Positions 21,424 through 25,351 of a stretch of 25,351 nt of DNA are shown in pieces. Under the pieces are notes generated by a model. It made no database searches, was not told the origin of the DNA, and was given only the letters and a program-made list of their open reading frames with translations. How positions within the stretch are numbered: position 1 is the first letter of the stretch; every line of letters begins with the position of its first letter. The position numbers and the translations under genes were made by a program. This stretch comes from Octopus sinensis (taxonomy: Eukaryota), in NCBI RefSeq assembly GCF_006345805.1, contig NW_021836086.1:1-25351 (forward strand), read 5' to 3'.

Positions 21424-22659
21424 TGTCTGTGTCTGTGTGTGTGTACATAAATTAAATCCAATACAAGGAATGAAAACATCCAATCTTTCAATGCATAGGT
21501 GCATGCATACTTACATACATAAATAATATACATACATACATATATATACATATAAAGATATACGTATATAGTAAAGAAATATATTAAGCAGAAAGGGAGC
21601 CTAATTAGCTGTAGTACACAATGCAATTTATAATTATTACCTAAATATGTTGTCTGAGAATCACAACTGTAGAGTTTTCTCTTAGCATTGCTAGTTAAGT
21701 ATTAAGGGATGAAGACTAACGTTTTGCCTTTATTCTTAAAAATTACAGCAAGCAGTCTGTTACGTATCATAAATGTGGATCCTATTTTGTATGACGTGTG
21801 TCAATGTTAGTGAATGTATCTGTGAGTTCTTTACTTCTCTTTCTGTGTCTTCGCAGAAACTGCTCAGTGTAGGTGTGTATGTGTGTGTGTGTATGTGTGT
21901 CTATGTGTCTATTGAAACGCATGGAGAGAAAAGGAAATTGTATTCCTTTGTGGGGTTTTGATAGTGAACTATTTTAGGAGAAAAAAAAAACAGATCGCAT
22001 TGACCGAATTACAGCGGTTTGACTTATTTGGGTAAATGTCTGGAGTTTGCTGTATTATTTGTTGTATTATTTGCTGGTTATTACTAATTAAAACGCCAGG
22101 TATTATTTGAAGAGGAAAGAGAAAAAAATATATTTTTCGTTTGGATTTCGTGTTATTGAAGAAGCAATTTCATTATGGCACTTACGAAGATATTACGCCT
22201 GTGAAGGCATGAAGAAATTAATTCCCTGCGGTGATTCAATTTGTTGGTTTTAGTGCTTCAGGATTAATTGACTTTCGTGTGTGCAAAGGACTCAGAAAGC
22301 ATTTTGGTGTACACGAATTAATGCATGATCTAAGAGTCACTATTCTATAACATGGAGTATAAGGTTACTTGAAAAAAAAAAATGAAAAGGAACCAAAAAA
22401 CAATATACTTTTTTTTGCAAATGCTGTGTCTTCCTTACAATGTTCTAAATGTTTCGCTATGCAGATAGTCAGTTTTTAATTGATCATCATATATTCCTAG
22501 ATAATCAATGCGGTTTTGGTTAATTTTAGATGTGAGGGTGGTTGCATATATAAATGATTCTTCCTAGTTAGTTACTGTTCAGCGTTGAGAGTGGCGATTG
22601 CATTTCTGTGTCACGTTGTTGTGTGGGAGTCTGTTCCTTTGAATTATTCATTATTTCCT

Positions 22660-22679
22660 TATTATTATTATTATTATTA

Positions 22680-22731
<52 letters not shown>

Positions 22732-22740
22732 CATTATTAT
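22660..22740. repeat. (TAT/TAA)n microsatellite at the 3' end of the R4/Dong-like LINE
   Basis: Directly visible. Confidence 0.95.
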
Positions 22741-23094
22741 ATGTTTGACTTTTGCTTTACATTTGTACAAGTTGGCTCCAAGTCTCACCCAGAGACCTCA
22801 AGAGACAACGACCTGGAAGTTCGTGTTGGTGTTATGCCTAGGGTGCCATATATTTGGTTTTGCACAAAGTATTGTTCTAGAGAATGTTTAAGAAACCATA
22901 AGAAAATTATGAGTTTGTTTTAAAACTTGAGATTACATAGAAAGTATTTTGCGTAGGATATGGACAGCTCCCGTGAGCACTATCTTTTGAATTTCTGTCA
23001 TTTTGGGGTTTCAAAATATCTGAGCTAGGTAGCAATCAGCCCCTTTTGCTATCATTCCCAGGGCACCTATGACAACAGGTACTGTTTTAGTCTT
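22741..23094 (-). mobile_element. 5'-truncated REL-endonuclease non-LTR retrotransposon 3' end (R4/Dong-like)
   Basis: The minus strand encodes KTKTVPVVIGALGMIAKGADCYLAQIF*NPKMTEIQKIVLTGAVHILRKILSM* (stop 22933-22935). The PVVIGALG...QKIVL.G..HILRK C-terminus is typical of R4-group elements. A 3' UTR of about 190 nt runs into (TAA)n. Confidence 0.85.
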
Positions 23095-23106
23095 CTTCTT
23101 CTTCTT

Positions 23107-23137
<31 letters not shown>

Positions 23138-23157
23138 TTATTATTATTATTATTATT
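23092..23157 (+). repeat. (CTT)15 + (ATT)7 compound microsatellite at the LINE 5' junction
   Basis: CTT at 23092-23136 and ATT at 23137-23157. Confidence 0.95.
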
Positions 23158-23777
23158 AATGGACGCTTGCGTGCTAACCGTTTTCAATCGTGTAGGGTAG
23201 TTCGTTTAGAGTGAGAATGTGTTAAAGATCTTCCTGTCCTTATGTCCGTAAGAACAATTAGTCCTTACAAGATAGAAAGCGTGTTTGCCTGCAAAGGTTG
23301 TTAGATTAATTGGAAAACGGAGAATTATACCACGTTTCACTCTTGCAATGCTTTATGTTGATTGTTGTATGACTAAGATATTTAGTGTTTTCTTTGGCAC
23401 CAATGGACATATGTGCATTGTTGCTTATTGTTGCTACTCTGCTGGGCGCTGTTTTCTTATAAGAACGTGCCAACCGCTTATCCAAATAGATGGGAATATT
23501 TCTAAAAAGGTATGGTGAATTGTTTTAATCATTGTCTACGTATAAGCTTAAAACATTTATTTTAATACACGAGATTTTCCCCAAACAAATTCACTCTCTT
23601 AAGGGTACAATTTACTATATTTTTCAAATCAGGCCGTTAAATAAAATGGCAGTAAATTTTATGAAGTAACAACCCTGCTTTTTTATTGTAAGCTTTAAAA
23701 TTAATGAGCCATCATCTCTATAAATACCTCCCTTAATGGTATGAAATTTATTCCGTGTTAACACTAAGTGTATCTAA

Positions 23778-23960
23778 GGCGGTGAGTTGGTAGAATTGTT
23801 AGCGTGCCGGGCAAAATGCTTACCGGCATTTCGCCTGACTTTACGTTCTGAGTTCAAATTCCGTCGAGGTTGATAGAATAACACCTGTTGAGCGCTGGCG
23901 CCGATGTAATCTGCTTACCCGATCCTCTAAACTGGCTAGCCTTGTGCCAAAATTTTGCAT
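23778..23960 (+). mobile_element. SINE family B, short form with internal deletion
   Basis: GGCGGTGAGTTGGTAGAATTGTTAGCGTGCCGGGC...GAGTTCAAATTCCGTCGAGG; the central domain is largely missing; tail GCCTTGTGCCAAAATTT. Confidence 0.8.
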
Positions 23961-24879
23961 GAATGTTAAGTGTACATAGTGTACATATAGGAAGAGAGAG
24001 AGAGAGAGAGAGAAAGAAAGAGTTAGCAAGCTTAAGACAACGATGCAAGTGTCATTTAACCCCACAAAGAATTATTTGTATGAATGTCAAATTATAAGAA
24101 AAAGAGAGGAAAGATAAGAGAAAGAGCTAAATAAAATGGAGAGAGATAGAGTGAGAAAGATGGGGGTGCAGAGAAAGAGAGATATACAGAGAGAGACAGA
24201 GAGAGAGAAAGAGAGAGAGAGGGAAACGGGGGCGGAATTCGCAATCATCGGAGAAATGATATTCATATCTATCAGCAGACATGCCCACACAACTATGAAT
24301 ATGTGTGGGCATGTGTGTGAGCGTTTGTCTATGTCTACTTTTGTATGTGTGCGTGTGTGTGTGTGTGGTGTGTGTGGTGTGTGTGGGTGTGTGTTCTGTG
24401 CGTGAATCTGACGTCATATGAGTTTACCTCTGTGTATGTATGTGTATGTGTTGATGTTATGTTCGCCTAAATCGTTATGGAGTCGTACGACCTATGCAGC
24501 ATCATTCGAGACGACGCAGGGTCAAATAAAAAATCCTTCACAGTTATATTCGCGTATCTACATACATACATACATACATACATACGTACGTACGTACGTA
24601 ATACATACATACATATATACATACATACATATATATATACATACATACATGCATACATACATACATACATATATACATACATACATATATACATACATAT
24701 ATACATACATGCATACATACATACGTACACACATACATACATATATACATATATACATACATACATACATACATATATACACACATACATATATACATAA
24801 ATACATACATATGCCTGTACGCATACATAGACAATCACAACCATATACATCTAGACTTAGTGACACATATATATGCACC

Positions 24880-24974
24880 CCTGTTGTTGAATTTGAAATT
24901 CTAATGAAGGAATCTAGGGTAGAAACCGGGTCTTTCTCTATTGGCGAGAAATCTCGAAATAAAACTGAAAAATG
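24880..24974. repeat. Short dispersed repeat of about 95 bp, copy 2
   Basis: Homologous to 16624-16720 in the same orientation, and also embedded in CATA-rich sequence. Confidence 0.85.
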
Positions 24975-25049
24975 GCAAACATACATACATACACAGATAC
25001 ATGAACACATACATACATACATACACACATACAAACATATAGACATGAA

Positions 25050-25351
25050 ACACCCACATAAACAATATTGGTGTAAGATTCTCATCAACACAATTGTCAA
25101 GTGTAAACTTAACAAGCCAAATATTGTGGTTTTGGGGGCAAACAAGAAAATGGGTGTACCTTCCTAGATGTCAGCACACCTGCTGATGTGTATATTCCTT
25201 GAAACTCAAGGAGAAAGAAGATGACCATGGGCAACTAATTCGAAACCCCTGATTTCTCTGTCCAAATTATAAATTCACATTTATGCCGATAATAATTCGC
25301 GGACTTGGTGTTGTCTGTAAATGCCCACGTGACAATCTGAATTAGCTACGG
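25050..25351 (+). pseudogene. Decayed REL-type endonuclease domain of a second non-LTR retrotransposon (runs off the window end)
   Basis: KQYWCKILINTIVKCKLNKPNIVV (cf. HNKPDIV), a frameshifted CTFLDVSTPAD (cf. IIDV..PAD), then NYKFTFMPIIIRGLG (cf. PIIIGALG). Confidence 0.65.

Noticed and set aside
24409-24416. Palindromic CRE site TGACGTCA with a nearby GC box (about 24228)
   Set aside because: A single 8-mer is expected by chance in a window this size, and there is no promoter context.
715-25167. Most ORFs in the supplied track (YIYI, HTHT, CVCV, MYVC, LSIY, poly-V, poly-T/H runs)
   Set aside because: They are translations of stop-free microsatellites and SINE fragments, with no domain content.

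Overview
This is eukaryotic, AT-rich, extremely microsatellite-dense DNA, most likely from an octopod cephalopod (Octopus sp.). That assignment is my recognition of the SINE families, not a database result. I see no confidently identifiable cellular gene, and almost every ORF in the supplied track is a translation artefact of (TA)n, (CA)n, (CATA)n, (GATA)n or (ACC)n repeats. The window is a mosaic of mobile elements. There are four tRNA-derived SINE families (about 19 copies or fragments), a 5'-truncated RTE LINE end, and a decayed LINE reverse transcriptase split by a complete 393-bp non-autonomous Helitron. There is also a decayed Penelope-like element (RT C-terminal region plus GIY-YIG), two REL-endonuclease (R4/Dong-like) LINE fragments, a probable Helentron/DINE-1-type element and two degenerate satellites. 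The most interesting signals are: (i) a textbook AG|GTAAGT recursive-splice-like site on the minus strand at 17336/17337, which suggests the window lies in a very long intron; (ii) a 168-bp, 93.5% identical inverted duplication that includes non-SINE flank, a candidate ADAR dsRNA substrate; (iii) a 29-30 bp minisatellite abutting the Penelope endonuclease relic; (iv) several weak, unconfirmed exon candidates. None of these is shown to be a new biological system; they are hypotheses to test.
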